NCBI RefSeq assembly: GCF_014859355.1
Contig: NZ_JACUUJ010000002.1
Location: 77,115 to 141,114, forward strand
Origin: Yoonia sp.
Lineage (GTDB): Bacteria; Pseudomonadota; Alphaproteobacteria; Rhodobacterales; Rhodobacteraceae
Reading direction: 5' to 3'
Length of the DNA stretch: 64,000 nucleotides
The position numbers and the translations under genes are program-made. The stretch's first letter is position 1, and every line of letters begins with the position of its first letter. Positions 28,861-37,592 of the stretch are shown piece after piece. The notes under the pieces were generated by a model that worked only from the letters and a program-made list of their open reading frames with translations, was not told the origin of the DNA and ran no database searches.

Positions 28861-28912
28861 AAAGGTTCTTGCCTCCGGCGGGGACATTTATACCCGAAAG
28901 AAGCAGGATATG
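28861..28912 (+). repeat. intergenic module copy between uvrC and pgsA
   Basis: Core CTCCGGCGGGGACATTTAT at 28873-28891, followed by cccgAAAGAAGcaggatATG. Confidence 0.5.
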
Positions 28913-28946
28913 GTCAGACGTGCGCAAGCCGGTTAGACAGGGGGGT

Positions 28947-29612
28947 ATGAATATAAATTTACCAAATATCCTGACGATCTTGCGCCTGCTTGCAGCGCCC
29001 GGCGTGGTGATCATGTTTTTGTATTTTCATCGCCCTTGGGCGGACTGGTTCGCGCTGGCGTTGTTCGTATCGGCGGCGCTGACGGATTTTCTGGATGGCT
29101 ATCTGGCACGCGCGTGGAAACAGGAAAGCAAGCTGGGCGCGATGCTGGACCCGATCGCCGACAAGGCAATGGTGGTGATTGCGCTTTTGGTGATCACCGG
29201 ATTTTCCGGCATGAACCCGTGGATCCTGCTGCCCGCCACGCTGATCATGTTCCGCGAGGTGTTCGTGTCTGGGTTGCGGGAATTTTTGGGTGATACGGCA
29301 GGCACACTGAAGGTCACCCCGCTGGCGAAATGGAAAACCACCGCGCAGATGGTGGCAATTGCGCTGTTGTTCGCGACGGGCGCATTTGAACATTATTTCG
29401 GGATGCAATCCATCGGGATGAGCCAGCAGATCGTGACTGACGTGCTGGCAGGCCGCATTCCCGATGAAATGGGTCTGATCTGGAAATATCAGGGTATGAT
29501 CATCAGCTGGTGGGCCGGGATCACCATATTATGGATCGCAGGGGTTTTGACACTTGTCACCGGATGGGATTATTTCCGCAAGGCGCAACCCTATCTCAAG
29601 GATGCTCGTTAA
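28947..29612 (+). CDS. pgsA: CDP-diacylglycerol--glycerol-3-phosphate 3-phosphatidyltransferase
   Basis: Likely start is MNINLPNILTILRLL at 28947. CDP-alcohol phosphotransferase motif DGYLAR...G...DPIADK. Confidence 0.85.
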   Translation: MNINLPNILTILRLLAAPGVVIMFLYFHRPWADWFALALFVSAALTDFLDGYLARAWKQESKLGAMLDPIADKAMVVIALLVITGFSGMNPWILLPATLIMFREVFVSGLREFLGDTAGTLKVTPLAKWKTTAQMVAIALLFATGAFEHYFGMQSIGMSQQIVTDVLAGRIPDEMGLIWKYQGMIISWWAGITILWIAGVLTLVTGWDYFRKAQPYLKDAR

Positions 29613-29857
29613 TGAACGTGATGTATTTCGCTTGGGTCCGTGAACGAATCGGTATCCCACAGGAAGCCGTGGAAACAGATGCCGCGACGGTATCTGATCT
29701 GGTAGCTGAACTTGTCGCACGCGAAGACCGCTATGCCGCAGCCTTCGCCGATATTTCGGCGCTGCGCGTGGCGCTGGATCAGGAACTGTCAGATTTCGAC
29801 GCACCCCTTGCCGGTGTCCGCGAGGTTGCGTTTTTCCCGCCCATGACGGGGGGCTGA
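29612..29857 (+). CDS. moaD: molybdopterin synthase sulfur-carrier subunit
   Basis: 81 aa, MNVMYFAWVRERIG..., ending in the diagnostic GG. The ATG overlaps the pgsA stop (TAATG). Confidence 0.8.
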   Translation: MNVMYFAWVRERIGIPQEAVETDAATVSDLVAELVAREDRYAAAFADISALRVALDQELSDFDAPLAGVREVAFFPPMTGG

Positions 29858-29858
29858 C

Positions 29859-30299
29859 ATGGCCGTGCGTGTGCAGGAAGGCGCCTTTGACGCCGGTGCG
29901 GAACTGAACGGTTTTGTGCAAGGTCGGACCGATGTTGGGGCGGTTGTCAGCTTTACCGGCATTGTGCGCGATACCGCTGGCAATCTACTGGAAATGCAGA
30001 TTGAACATTATCCTGGCATGACCCAATCCGCGATTGAAAAAATCGTGCAAGAGGCACAGCACCGCTGGGATCTTTCCGATGCTCTGGTAATTCATCGCTA
30101 TGGTGCGTTAAAGCCCGGTGCGCCAATCATGATGGTTGCCACCGCTGCCGCGCATCGTGCTGCCGCGTTCGAAGCTGCCGATTTCCTGATGGATTACCTG
30201 AAATCCCGCGCGCCTTTCTGGAAAAAGGAAGTGACCGGTGCCGGTGCCGATTGGGTGGCAGCCAAGGAAGCGGACGAAAATGCCCTGAACCGCTGGTAG
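29859..30299 (+). CDS. moaE: molybdopterin synthase catalytic subunit
   Basis: 146-aa ORF. GAVVSFTGIVRD, IEHYPGM and SRAPFWKKE motifs. Confidence 0.85.
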   Translation: MAVRVQEGAFDAGAELNGFVQGRTDVGAVVSFTGIVRDTAGNLLEMQIEHYPGMTQSAIEKIVQEAQHRWDLSDALVIHRYGALKPGAPIMMVATAAAHRAAAFEAADFLMDYLKSRAPFWKKEVTGAGADWVAAKEADENALNRW

Positions 30300-30383
30300 T
30301 TTTTCCTGCCAATGGGCGTTTTTGCCGGTGCATCTTAACCCGATCTTAGTCGGCGTCAGTTCATGCTGCTGTCACCCTGATGG

Positions 30384-31199
30384 ATGGCCAGTATGGAAAA
30401 GACAACGCTTCGCCGCTGCGAGACAGCAGACTCCGCCCTGCTGGACCCGTTGCAATACGCTACGGCAAGTCGTGATGCAGATGTCATAACATTGGTGCAG
30501 GATGCGCTGTCTGCCGGGCGCACGCGGCTTGCGTTTCATCCGATTGTGACTGCGGATAAACAGCCCCGCGTTGCATTTTACGAGGGGCTGGTGCGTTTAA
30601 TGGACGATGCGGGCTGCATCATACCCGCTGCGCATTTCATGCCATCAATCGAAGAAACGGTGCTGGGTCGGCAGATTGATTGCGCAACGCTGAATCTGGC
30701 CTTGGCATTGCTGAAACAGCAGCCTGCCCTGCGTTTATCAGTCAACCTTTCAGCACGATCTATCGGCGATGGGGAATGGCGGCGGATCCTCGAACGGGGC
30801 TTGCATGACTGGCCAGGGCTGGGCGAACGGCTGATTTTCGAGATAAGTGAAACGTCAGCCATGTTGCTACCCGAAATTGTCCTGCGTTTCATGGCGCAAA
30901 TGCAACCCAGGGGCGTAGCCTTTGCTCTGGATGGATTTGGCGCGGGGTTTACCGCTTTTCGCCATCTCAAGACATTTTTCTTTGATCTGGTGAAAATCGA
31001 CAAAGGTTTTATCCGTGGGATTGAAAGCGACCCTGACAATCAAGTCTTGGCCGAAGCGTTGATAACCGTCGCCCATCAGTTTGAGATGTTCGCCATCGCT
31101 GATGGCGTTGAGACAGCGGCAGAGGCGGCATTTCTTAAAGGGATCGGGGTTGATTGTTTGCAAGGATATTATTTTGGGGTGCCAAAATTTGAATTCTGA
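30384..31199 (+). CDS. standalone EAL-domain protein (c-di-GMP phosphodiesterase-like, active site partly substituted)
   Basis: 271-aa ORF. EGL (in place of EAL) in YEGLVRL, SVNLS, FEISE, LDGFGAG (in place of DDFGTG), KIDK, ADGVET (in place of EGVE) and QGYYFG. Confidence 0.8.
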   Translation: MASMEKTTLRRCETADSALLDPLQYATASRDADVITLVQDALSAGRTRLAFHPIVTADKQPRVAFYEGLVRLMDDAGCIIPAAHFMPSIEETVLGRQIDCATLNLALALLKQQPALRLSVNLSARSIGDGEWRRILERGLHDWPGLGERLIFEISETSAMLLPEIVLRFMAQMQPRGVAFALDGFGAGFTAFRHLKTFFFDLVKIDKGFIRGIESDPDNQVLAEALITVAHQFEMFAIADGVETAAEAAFLKGIGVDCLQGYYFGVPKFEF

Positions 31200-31347
31200 C
31201 ATCCCGATATCTTGCGCTTGGAATTGCATTGCCCTGCACCAGCCAACCCAATAAGGTTCATGGTGAATGGTGGGGCGGTATGTTCTGACCCGTTAGGTGC
31301 ATTTTATGCGCGTCCCGCCAGGGAATAACCTGAAGGGAATTAATTTT

Positions 31348-32523
31348 ATGACAAATGTTGTTATCGCATCTGCTGCCCGCACCGCCGTGGGTAGTTTCGG
31401 GGGCGCTTTCGCGACGACGCCTGCCCATGATCTGGGTGCGGCAGTGCTGGCGGAAGTTGTTGCGCGCGCCGGCCTCGAAAAGGCGGACGTCAGCGAAACA
31501 ATCCTTGGGCAGGTGCTGACAGCGGCGCAAGGCCAGAACCCGGCGCGTCAGGCGCATATCAATGCCGGTCTGCCGATTGAATCCGCCGCGTGGAGCATAA
31601 ACCAGGTTTGCGGGTCCGGTCTGCGTGCCGTGGCACTTGGCGCGCAGCATATCCAGTTGGGTGATGCGGCGATTGTGCTGGCAGGTGGGCAGGAAAACAT
31701 GACGCTTAGCCCGCATGCCGCGCATTTGCGGGCAGGTCACAAGATGGGTGACATGAAATACATCGACACGATGATCCGCGATGGTCTGTGGGATGCGTTC
31801 AACGACTATCACATGGGCCAGACAGCGGAAAACGTAGCCGACCAATGGCAAATTACCCGCGACATGCAGGATGAATTCGCCGTTGCATCGCAGAACAAGG
31901 CAGAAGCGGCGCAGAAGGCGGGCAGATTCGCTGACGAAATCATGCCTTTTACCGTCAAGACCCGCAAAGGTGACATCATCGTCGATCAGGATGAATACAT
32001 CCGGCACGGATCGACCATGGAGGCGATGCAGAAACTGCGCCCTGCGTTTACCAAGGATGGGTCTGTCACGGCCGCAAACGCATCGGGTTTGAACGACGGT
32101 GCCGCAGCGACACTGTTGATGAGCGCGGAAGAAGCAGAAAAGCGCGGCATCGAACCGCTGGCGCGTATTGCATCTTATGCCACGGCCGGGTTGGACCCGT
32201 CGATCATGGGGGCGGGCCCGATCATGGCAAGCCGCAAGGCACTGGAAAAAGCCGGGTGGAGCGTGGCAGATCTTGATCTGGTCGAAGCAAACGAAGCCTT
32301 TGCAGCACAGGCCTGCGCCGTGAACAAGGATATGGGCTGGGATCCAGAGATTGTGAACGTCAATGGTGGCGCTATTGCGATCGGTCACCCGATCGGCGCA
32401 TCTGGTGCGCGTATTCTGAACACGCTGCTGTTTGAAATGAAGCGGCGCGGCGCGAAAAAGGGATTGGCGACTTTGTGTATTGGTGGTGGCATGGGTGTCG
32501 CCATGTGCATTGAACGCCCCTGA
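31348..32523 (+). CDS. phaA: acetyl-CoA acetyltransferase (beta-ketothiolase)
   Basis: Likely start is [19 protein letters not shown] at 31348. Thiolase active-site motifs [27 protein letters not shown] and CIGGGMG. Confidence 0.9.
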   Translation: MTNVVIASAARTAVGSFGGAFATTPAHDLGAAVLAEVVARAGLEKADVSETILGQVLTAAQGQNPARQAHINAGLPIESAAWSINQVCGSGLRAVALGAQHIQLGDAAIVLAGGQENMTLSPHAAHLRAGHKMGDMKYIDTMIRDGLWDAFNDYHMGQTAENVADQWQITRDMQDEFAVASQNKAEAAQKAGRFADEIMPFTVKTRKGDIIVDQDEYIRHGSTMEAMQKLRPAFTKDGSVTAANASGLNDGAAATLLMSAEEAEKRGIEPLARIASYATAGLDPSIMGAGPIMASRKALEKAGWSVADLDLVEANEAFAAQACAVNKDMGWDPEIVNVNGGAIAIGHPIGASGARILNTLLFEMKRRGAKKGLATLCIGGGMGVAMCIERP

Positions 32524-32590
32524 TTCAGTTCAAGGCGGTGCATGGTTGCGCCGCCTTGACGAATGTTAATTTCAAAAGGAGGAGACGAAT

Positions 32591-33316
32591 ATGGGACGTG
32601 TCGCACTTGTCACGGGCGGATCACGCGGTATTGGTGCAGCTATTTCAAAGGCGCTGAAGGATGCAGGCTATACCGTCGCTGCCACCTATGCGGGAAATGA
32701 TGAAAAGGCCGCAGCTTTTACCGCAGAAACGGGCATCAAGACATATAAATGGGATGTCGGTGATTATGAAGCCTGTGTCGCTGGAATCGGATTGATCGAG
32801 GCAGAGGTCGGCCCGGTTGAAGTTCTGGTCAATAACGCGGGTATCACCCGCGATGCACCTTTTCACAAGATGACCCCGCAACAGTGGAAAGAGGTGATTG
32901 ACACCAACCTGTCGGGCGTTTTCAACATGACCCACCCGGTTTGGCCCGGTATGCGCGAACGCAAATTCGGGCGAATCATTACAATCAGTTCGATTAATGG
33001 CCAAAAGGGTCAGTTCGCACAGGCCAACTATTCTGCTGCCAAAGCTGGTGACATCGGCTTTACCAAGGCGCTGGCACAAGAAGGTGCACGTGCGGGAATC
33101 ACTGTGAATGTAGTCGCCCCCGGCTACATCAACACCGAAATGATGGCGACTATTCCTGAGAAAGTCATGAACGAAGTGATCCTGCCACAGATTCCTGTGG
33201 GACGTCTGGGCGATCCATCTGAAATCGCGCGCGCGGTTGTATTTCTTGCGTCGGACGAGGCAGGGTTCGTGACCGGGTCCACCCTGTCGGCAAACGGCGG
33301 GCAATATATGAGCTGA
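32591..33316 (+). CDS. phaB: acetoacetyl-CoA reductase
   Basis: 241-aa ORF with a strong SD (AAAGGAGGAG). TGGSRGIG, NNAGIT and YSAAK motifs. Immediately downstream of phaA. Confidence 0.9.
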   Translation: MGRVALVTGGSRGIGAAISKALKDAGYTVAATYAGNDEKAAAFTAETGIKTYKWDVGDYEACVAGIGLIEAEVGPVEVLVNNAGITRDAPFHKMTPQQWKEVIDTNLSGVFNMTHPVWPGMRERKFGRIITISSINGQKGQFAQANYSAAKAGDIGFTKALAQEGARAGITVNVVAPGYINTEMMATIPEKVMNEVILPQIPVGRLGDPSEIARAVVFLASDEAGFVTGSTLSANGGQYMS

Positions 33317-33341
33317 CCCTTAAACGAGGTCTTGAATCAAA

Positions 33342-33374
33342 AGAGCCGTGCATTCCCGCACGGCTCTTTTTCTT
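33342..33374 (+). terminator. rho-independent terminator after phaB
   Basis: agagccgtgc / gcacggctct, a perfect 10-bp stem with a 6-nt loop, followed by TTTTCTT. Confidence 0.8.
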
Positions 33375-33512
33375 AATTCTGTCGCATTCTGTGACAGTTG
33401 AGACCGATCGCCTTTGCTTGACAAGACTGCAAAGTCCGCAGGCCAGTTAACGCAGCACAATTGTTTCATCGTTTCCGGGTGCAATTACAGCTTGCGCCAG
33501 CGCCCGGTCAGA

Positions 33513-33680
33513 TCAGTTTGCGCTAAGCTTTTTGATCGTTTCTTTCAACATCAGCTTTTGCTTTTTTAGTTTTGCGATTTCAAGATCGTCTTTTGCAGGG
33601 CTGCGTTGCATCATCTCGACCGATTCAGAGAGGTTTTGATGCTTCTTTTTCAGTTCCTGCACATGCGAACTTAAAGTCAT
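33513..33680 (-). CDS. DUF465 (YdcH-like) small coiled-coil protein
   Basis: Likely start is MTLSSHVQELKKKHQNLSE... at 33680 (55 aa). Pattern is typical of DUF465 proteins. Confidence 0.6.
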   Translation of the reverse strand: MTLSSHVQELKKKHQNLSESVEMMQRSPAKDDLEIAKLKKQKLMLKETIKKLSAN

Positions 33681-33799
33681 TATAATCCTCCTCTGGGAAT
33701 TGTTTGTAAAACTATTGCAACACATCTGATGATCTGTGTCACGCCGCACAGCAGCAAATCACCACCTTTTCATCGTCTGCTATAAAAGTTGCCAAACGG

Positions 33800-34576
33800 T
33801 TAAGGCCAGATGTCCAAAGATGCGCCATGTCGCAAAACGGACTGCACCGCAGCGGTATAGCTTTCCTGATCTCCCTGATGGCTGGTGCCGTCGTGCATGA
33901 TCAGCGCCGGGGCCAAGCGAAAAGCTGCGCGCCCTTCTTGCCGGGCTTGCAGTAAAAACAGCTCGGGCGGGCGGTTTTTGCGCCCGGCAATGGGGCAAAC
34001 CATCAGCGAACCCAGTCGCCCTGACAGCGCCGTCAACACCTCTGGCAGGCGTTCAACCCGTTGGATCAGTGTCAGATATCCTTTTGGTCCCAGCCGCCGC
34101 GTTCCAATGTCTAGCCAATCAACAAGCGGGGTTTCGCCACCCAAGGCCGTATCTCGCCCCGGATCCGTGGCGGCGGTGCCTGCACGGCGGTCAAAATAGG
34201 GGGGGTTCATGATGACGTGATCGAATCGCTTTTGCCGCAGATCGGCGGGCAGGGCGCGCAAATCGGCTGTCACAACATCAAAAACGGCTGCGTTTTCCAC
34301 CGCGTTACGCCGCGCCAGATCCGCATAGGTGGGCTGCAATTCAACACCCTTCAGGTCCAGCCCCGGCACGCGCGCTGCCAGACACAGCGACGCCACGCCA
34401 ACCCCGCAGCCAAGTTCCAGCACAGATTGCCCCGGTTTGGCGATCACAGCCGCCGCCAGCAGCACCGGATCAACGCCCGCGCGATAGCCCCGGCGCGGTT
34501 GCCATGCGCGCACGCGCCCGCCCAGAAAATCGTCGCAGGTTAAATCGTCAGTCACGGCCAAGGTCGATATTTCCAT
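33800..34576 (-). CDS. SAM-dependent methyltransferase, tRNA1(Val) m6A37 / N6-adenine-type (NPPY)
   Basis: 258-aa ORF. SAM-binding VLELGCGVG and catalytic VIMNPPYF. Confidence 0.7.
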   Translation of the reverse strand: MEISTLAVTDDLTCDDFLGGRVRAWQPRRGYRAGVDPVLLAAAVIAKPGQSVLELGCGVGVASLCLAARVPGLDLKGVELQPTYADLARRNAVENAAVFDVVTADLRALPADLRQKRFDHVIMNPPYFDRRAGTAATDPGRDTALGGETPLVDWLDIGTRRLGPKGYLTLIQRVERLPEVLTALSGRLGSLMVCPIAGRKNRPPELFLLQARQEGRAAFRLAPALIMHDGTSHQGDQESYTAAVQSVLRHGASLDIWP

Positions 34577-34772
34577 CGCGCATCACGGCTTCGGCCATGA
34601 ACAGATCGCGGTCCAGCACCATCAATCGGCGCGGCATGATGCCTATGCTGCCTTCAAGGACGCTCATATTTACGTCGAAGGTGAACCAGTCTATACCCTC
34701 GCTGTCCAGCAGGGCGGTTGCAAAGGCGATGACAGTCGGGTCGTTGGTGCGCAAAAGCTCTTTCATATCCAA
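34548..34772 (-). CDS. DUF2007 putative signal-transducing protein
   Basis: 74-aa ORF. MKELLRTNDPTVIAFATALLDSEGIDWFTFDVNMSVLEGSIGIMPRRLMV matches the DUF2007 pattern. Confidence 0.65.
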   Translation of the reverse strand: MDMKELLRTNDPTVIAFATALLDSEGIDWFTFDVNMSVLEGSIGIMPRRLMVLDRDLFMAEAVMRDGNIDLGRD

Positions 34773-34806
34773 GACCTAAGGTGACGCACGGGAGTTGTCC
34801 ATTCAC

Positions 34807-35820
34807 ATGACGGAACAGTTAATGAGCCATGATGCCGCCGCCACCAAACCGCATGAACAACTGGCCATAGCACTGGCTGATGATCTGACTGCGGTCAACG
34901 CCATGATTCGTGCGCGCATGGCGTCCGAACATGCTCCCCGCATCCCGCAGGTGACGGCGCATCTGGTCGAGGCGGGCGGCAAGCGTTTACGACCGATGCT
35001 GACGCTGGCTGCGGCGCGGATGTGTGGTTATGACGGGCCGTATCACATTCATCTGGCGGCGACGGTGGAATTCATTCACACCGCGACCCTGCTGCATGAC
35101 GATGTGGTTGATGAAAGCAGCCAGCGGCGTGGGCGGCCTACGGCCAACCTGTTGTGGGATAATACATCCAGCGTTCTAGTGGGTGATTACCTGTTCGCGC
35201 GGTCGTTTCAGTTGATGGTTGAAACCGGGTCGATGCGGGTGCTGGATATTCTGGCCAACGCATCCGCCACCATTGCCGAAGGCGAGGTGCTGCAATTGAC
35301 CGCCGCCAGCGATCTGGCGACGACAGAAGAAATTTATCTTAAGGTCGTGCGTGGCAAGACCGCCGCGCTGTTTTCCGCAGCGATGGAGGTGGGCGGCGTG
35401 ATTGCCGGGCAGGATGATGCAACCGTGCAGGCGTTGTTCGATTATGGCGACAGCTTGGGTATCGCGTTTCAGATCGTGGATGACCTGCTGGATTACGGCG
35501 GCACGCAGGCCATCGGCAAGAACCTTGGAGATGATTTCCGTGAACGCAAACTGACGCTTCCGGTTATTCGCGCGGTAGCCGCGGCAGATGATACGGAACG
35601 GGAATTCTGGGTGCGCACGATCCAGAAGGGCCGCCAGCAAGATGGTGATTTGGAACAGGCCATGGGATTGCTGGCCAAACATGGCGCGCTGGATACCACG
35701 CGGGTTGATGCGATTGCATGGGCGGACAAGGCGAAGGGTTCGCTTGCTGCGATCCCCGATCACCCGATCAAGACCATGCTGGTTGATCTGGCTGATTACG
35801 TCGTCGCGCGTATCACATAA
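34807..35820 (+). CDS. ispB: polyprenyl (octaprenyl/decaprenyl) diphosphate synthase
   Basis: ORF 34795..35820; ATG at 34807. First DDxxD in LLHDDVVDES, second in QIVDDLLDY. Confidence 0.85.
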   Translation: MTEQLMSHDAAATKPHEQLAIALADDLTAVNAMIRARMASEHAPRIPQVTAHLVEAGGKRLRPMLTLAAARMCGYDGPYHIHLAATVEFIHTATLLHDDVVDESSQRRGRPTANLLWDNTSSVLVGDYLFARSFQLMVETGSMRVLDILANASATIAEGEVLQLTAASDLATTEEIYLKVVRGKTAALFSAAMEVGGVIAGQDDATVQALFDYGDSLGIAFQIVDDLLDYGGTQAIGKNLGDDFRERKLTLPVIRAVAAADDTEREFWVRTIQKGRQQDGDLEQAMGLLAKHGALDTTRVDAIAWADKAKGSLAAIPDHPIKTMLVDLADYVVARIT

Positions 35821-35853
35821 AGAAACGCCCGCCGTCTATGGACGGGCGTTTCT
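35821..35853. terminator. bidirectional hairpin between convergent ispB and the TRAP SBP gene
   Basis: agaaacgcccg / cgggcgtttct, an 11-bp stem flanked by AAA on the left and TTT on the right. Confidence 0.7.
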
Positions 35854-35879
35854 TTGGTCAATCACGTCAGAACCGCGCA

Positions 35880-36938
35880 CTATTGAGCCACACCAATGTT
35901 CGCCTGCACGGCTTTTTGGGCTGCTGCCACCAAGGCCGCCCCGTCATACCCTTTGGCGTCCATTTCGGCGATCCATTCGGAGGTGACACTGTCGCCCAAT
36001 GCCTTGATGCGGTCTGTTTCCGCCTCTGACATCACGGCGATTTCATTGCCATCGTCATACATGAGGTCGCGGCCTACGACATCGCCCGTGTCATGGGCGC
36101 GGCCTGCCCACATCGCGGCCATCTTGCCGGAATTGGCGTCGATGATGGCGCGCAGGTCATCAGGCAGCCTGTTGTAGACATCCTTGTTCATCGCCCAGAC
36201 GAAATAAAGGTTATAAAGTGCGCGGTCGCCAGCCACATCGGTATGGCTGTCGGTCAGTTCATTCAGCTTGAGAGATGGGGACATTTCCCAAGTGATGACG
36301 CCACCATCGACAACACCTTTGGACAGGGCTTCGGGGAATTGCGGAACGGGCATCCCGATCGGGGTCGCGCCCAGTTTTTCCAGAAGCAGGGTTGCTGCGC
36401 GCGATGGCCCGCGCAGTTTCAACCCGGCAAAATCTTCGACGGTGCCGACAGCATCGCCGCGTTTGTGGACAATGCCGGGCCCGTGCATGTGGACAGCGAT
36501 GACATGCACATCCGCAAAATCATCCATCAGGAATTCCTGCGTGAAATCCCACGCAGCGGCGGATGACTCTTCGCCTTTTTTGGTCGTCATAAAGGGCAGT
36601 TCAAGCGCTTCGGCTTCGGGAAAGCGGTTGGGCTGATAGCCAGGAATGATCCAACCGCCGTCGATCGCACCGTCACGGATCAGATCATACTGGTCAGACG
36701 CAGCCCCGCCCAATTGCATGAAGGGGTAAAGTTCAACCTTGATGCGCCCGTCGGATTGTTCCGCGATGGCATCTGCCCAAGGCTGCATGAAATAGGTCGG
36801 GTTGGCACTGGCCGGCGATACAAAGTGCTGAAACCGCAGGGTCACATCCTGCGCAAGCGCAGACGTTGCGCACAAGGCAAACGCGCCAGTAAATGCGATA
36901 TGTTTCAAGAGGTGCATGTTTTGCATCCTTTGCGTCAT
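35880..36938 (-). CDS. TRAP transporter substrate-binding protein (DctP family), no adjacent DctQM
   Basis: 352-aa ORF with signal peptide ...ALCATSALAQ and DctP-like length and pattern. Confidence 0.75.
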   Translation of the reverse strand: MTQRMQNMHLLKHIAFTGAFALCATSALAQDVTLRFQHFVSPASANPTYFMQPWADAIAEQSDGRIKVELYPFMQLGGAASDQYDLIRDGAIDGGWIIPGYQPNRFPEAEALELPFMTTKKGEESSAAAWDFTQEFLMDDFADVHVIAVHMHGPGIVHKRGDAVGTVEDFAGLKLRGPSRAATLLLEKLGATPIGMPVPQFPEALSKGVVDGGVITWEMSPSLKLNELTDSHTDVAGDRALYNLYFVWAMNKDVYNRLPDDLRAIIDANSGKMAAMWAGRAHDTGDVVGRDLMYDDGNEIAVMSEAETDRIKALGDSVTSEWIAEMDAKGYDGAALVAAAQKAVQANIGVAQ

Positions 36939-37004
36939 TGGTTGGGGGAAAGCGCCACCTCTAGCGACGCAGTCTATATCGCCTTTATAGGGCTGTATTG
37001 CAAG

Positions 37005-37592
37005 TTACTCACGATCTGCGCCAGGTGGACAGGCCGTCGTATTGAACCGCATAAAGCTCACCCAGGTGTCGCCATAGCGCCGTTGTTCCAATGCTGTAAA
37101 ACCGACGGGTGCAATCTGAGCGCTGTTTTCTTCCCATACAATCAACGCGCCAGGGGCCAGCCAGCCAGATTGCAGCGCGGCGGCAAGCGCTTTGGGCCCC
37201 AACCCTTGCCCATAGGGAGGGTCCAGAAAAATCAGACTGCAGGGCGCGCCAGTTGGCAGTTTGCTGGCGTCCGTGCTGATCAGGGTCGTGTCGGCCTGTC
37301 GGCGTAGTTTGGCAATGTTTTCCCGAATCAGCCGGGCTGCGATCCGCCCGCTATCCACAAATGTGACGTCCGCTGCCCCTCGCGACAGGGCCTCCAGCCC
37401 CAATGCGCCGGTGCCTGCAAACAGATCCAGCACCCGGGCGCCGGTGATCGGATCGTCAAAGCGCCCGCCCTGCAAAACGTTGAACAGGCTTTCGCGCACC
37501 CGGTCTGTGGTGGGGCGCAGATGCGCGCCCGTGTCACCCTTGCCCACGGCGGCCAGGGCGGTACCGCGATGGGTGCCGCCAATGATCCTCAT
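37005..37592 (-). CDS. rsmD: 16S rRNA (guanine966-N2)-methyltransferase
   Basis: Likely start is MRIIGGTHRGT at 37592 (ATGA overlap with the upstream stop). LDLFAGTGALGLEALSRGA and FLDPPY motifs. Confidence 0.8.
   Translation of the reverse strand: MRIIGGTHRGTALAAVGKGDTGAHLRPTTDRVRESLFNVLQGGRFDDPITGARVLDLFAGTGALGLEALSRGAADVTFVDSGRIAARLIRENIAKLRRQADTTLISTDASKLPTGAPCSLIFLDPPYGQGLGPKALAAALQSGWLAPGALIVWEENSAQIAPVGFTALEQRRYGDTWVSFMRFNTTACPPGADRE

Noticed and set aside
31258-32388. 376-aa ORF on the minus strand
   Set aside because: It is antisense to phaA (thiolase motifs are unambiguous on the plus strand). The composition is Arg/Cys/His-rich and non-protein-like.
32531-32558. Hairpin caaggcgg-N12-ccgccttg between phaA and phaB as a terminator or regulatory element
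   Set aside because: No U-tract follows, and phaB follows with its own strong SD 20 nt later. It is most simply an intercistronic stabilising stem and is not distinctive.
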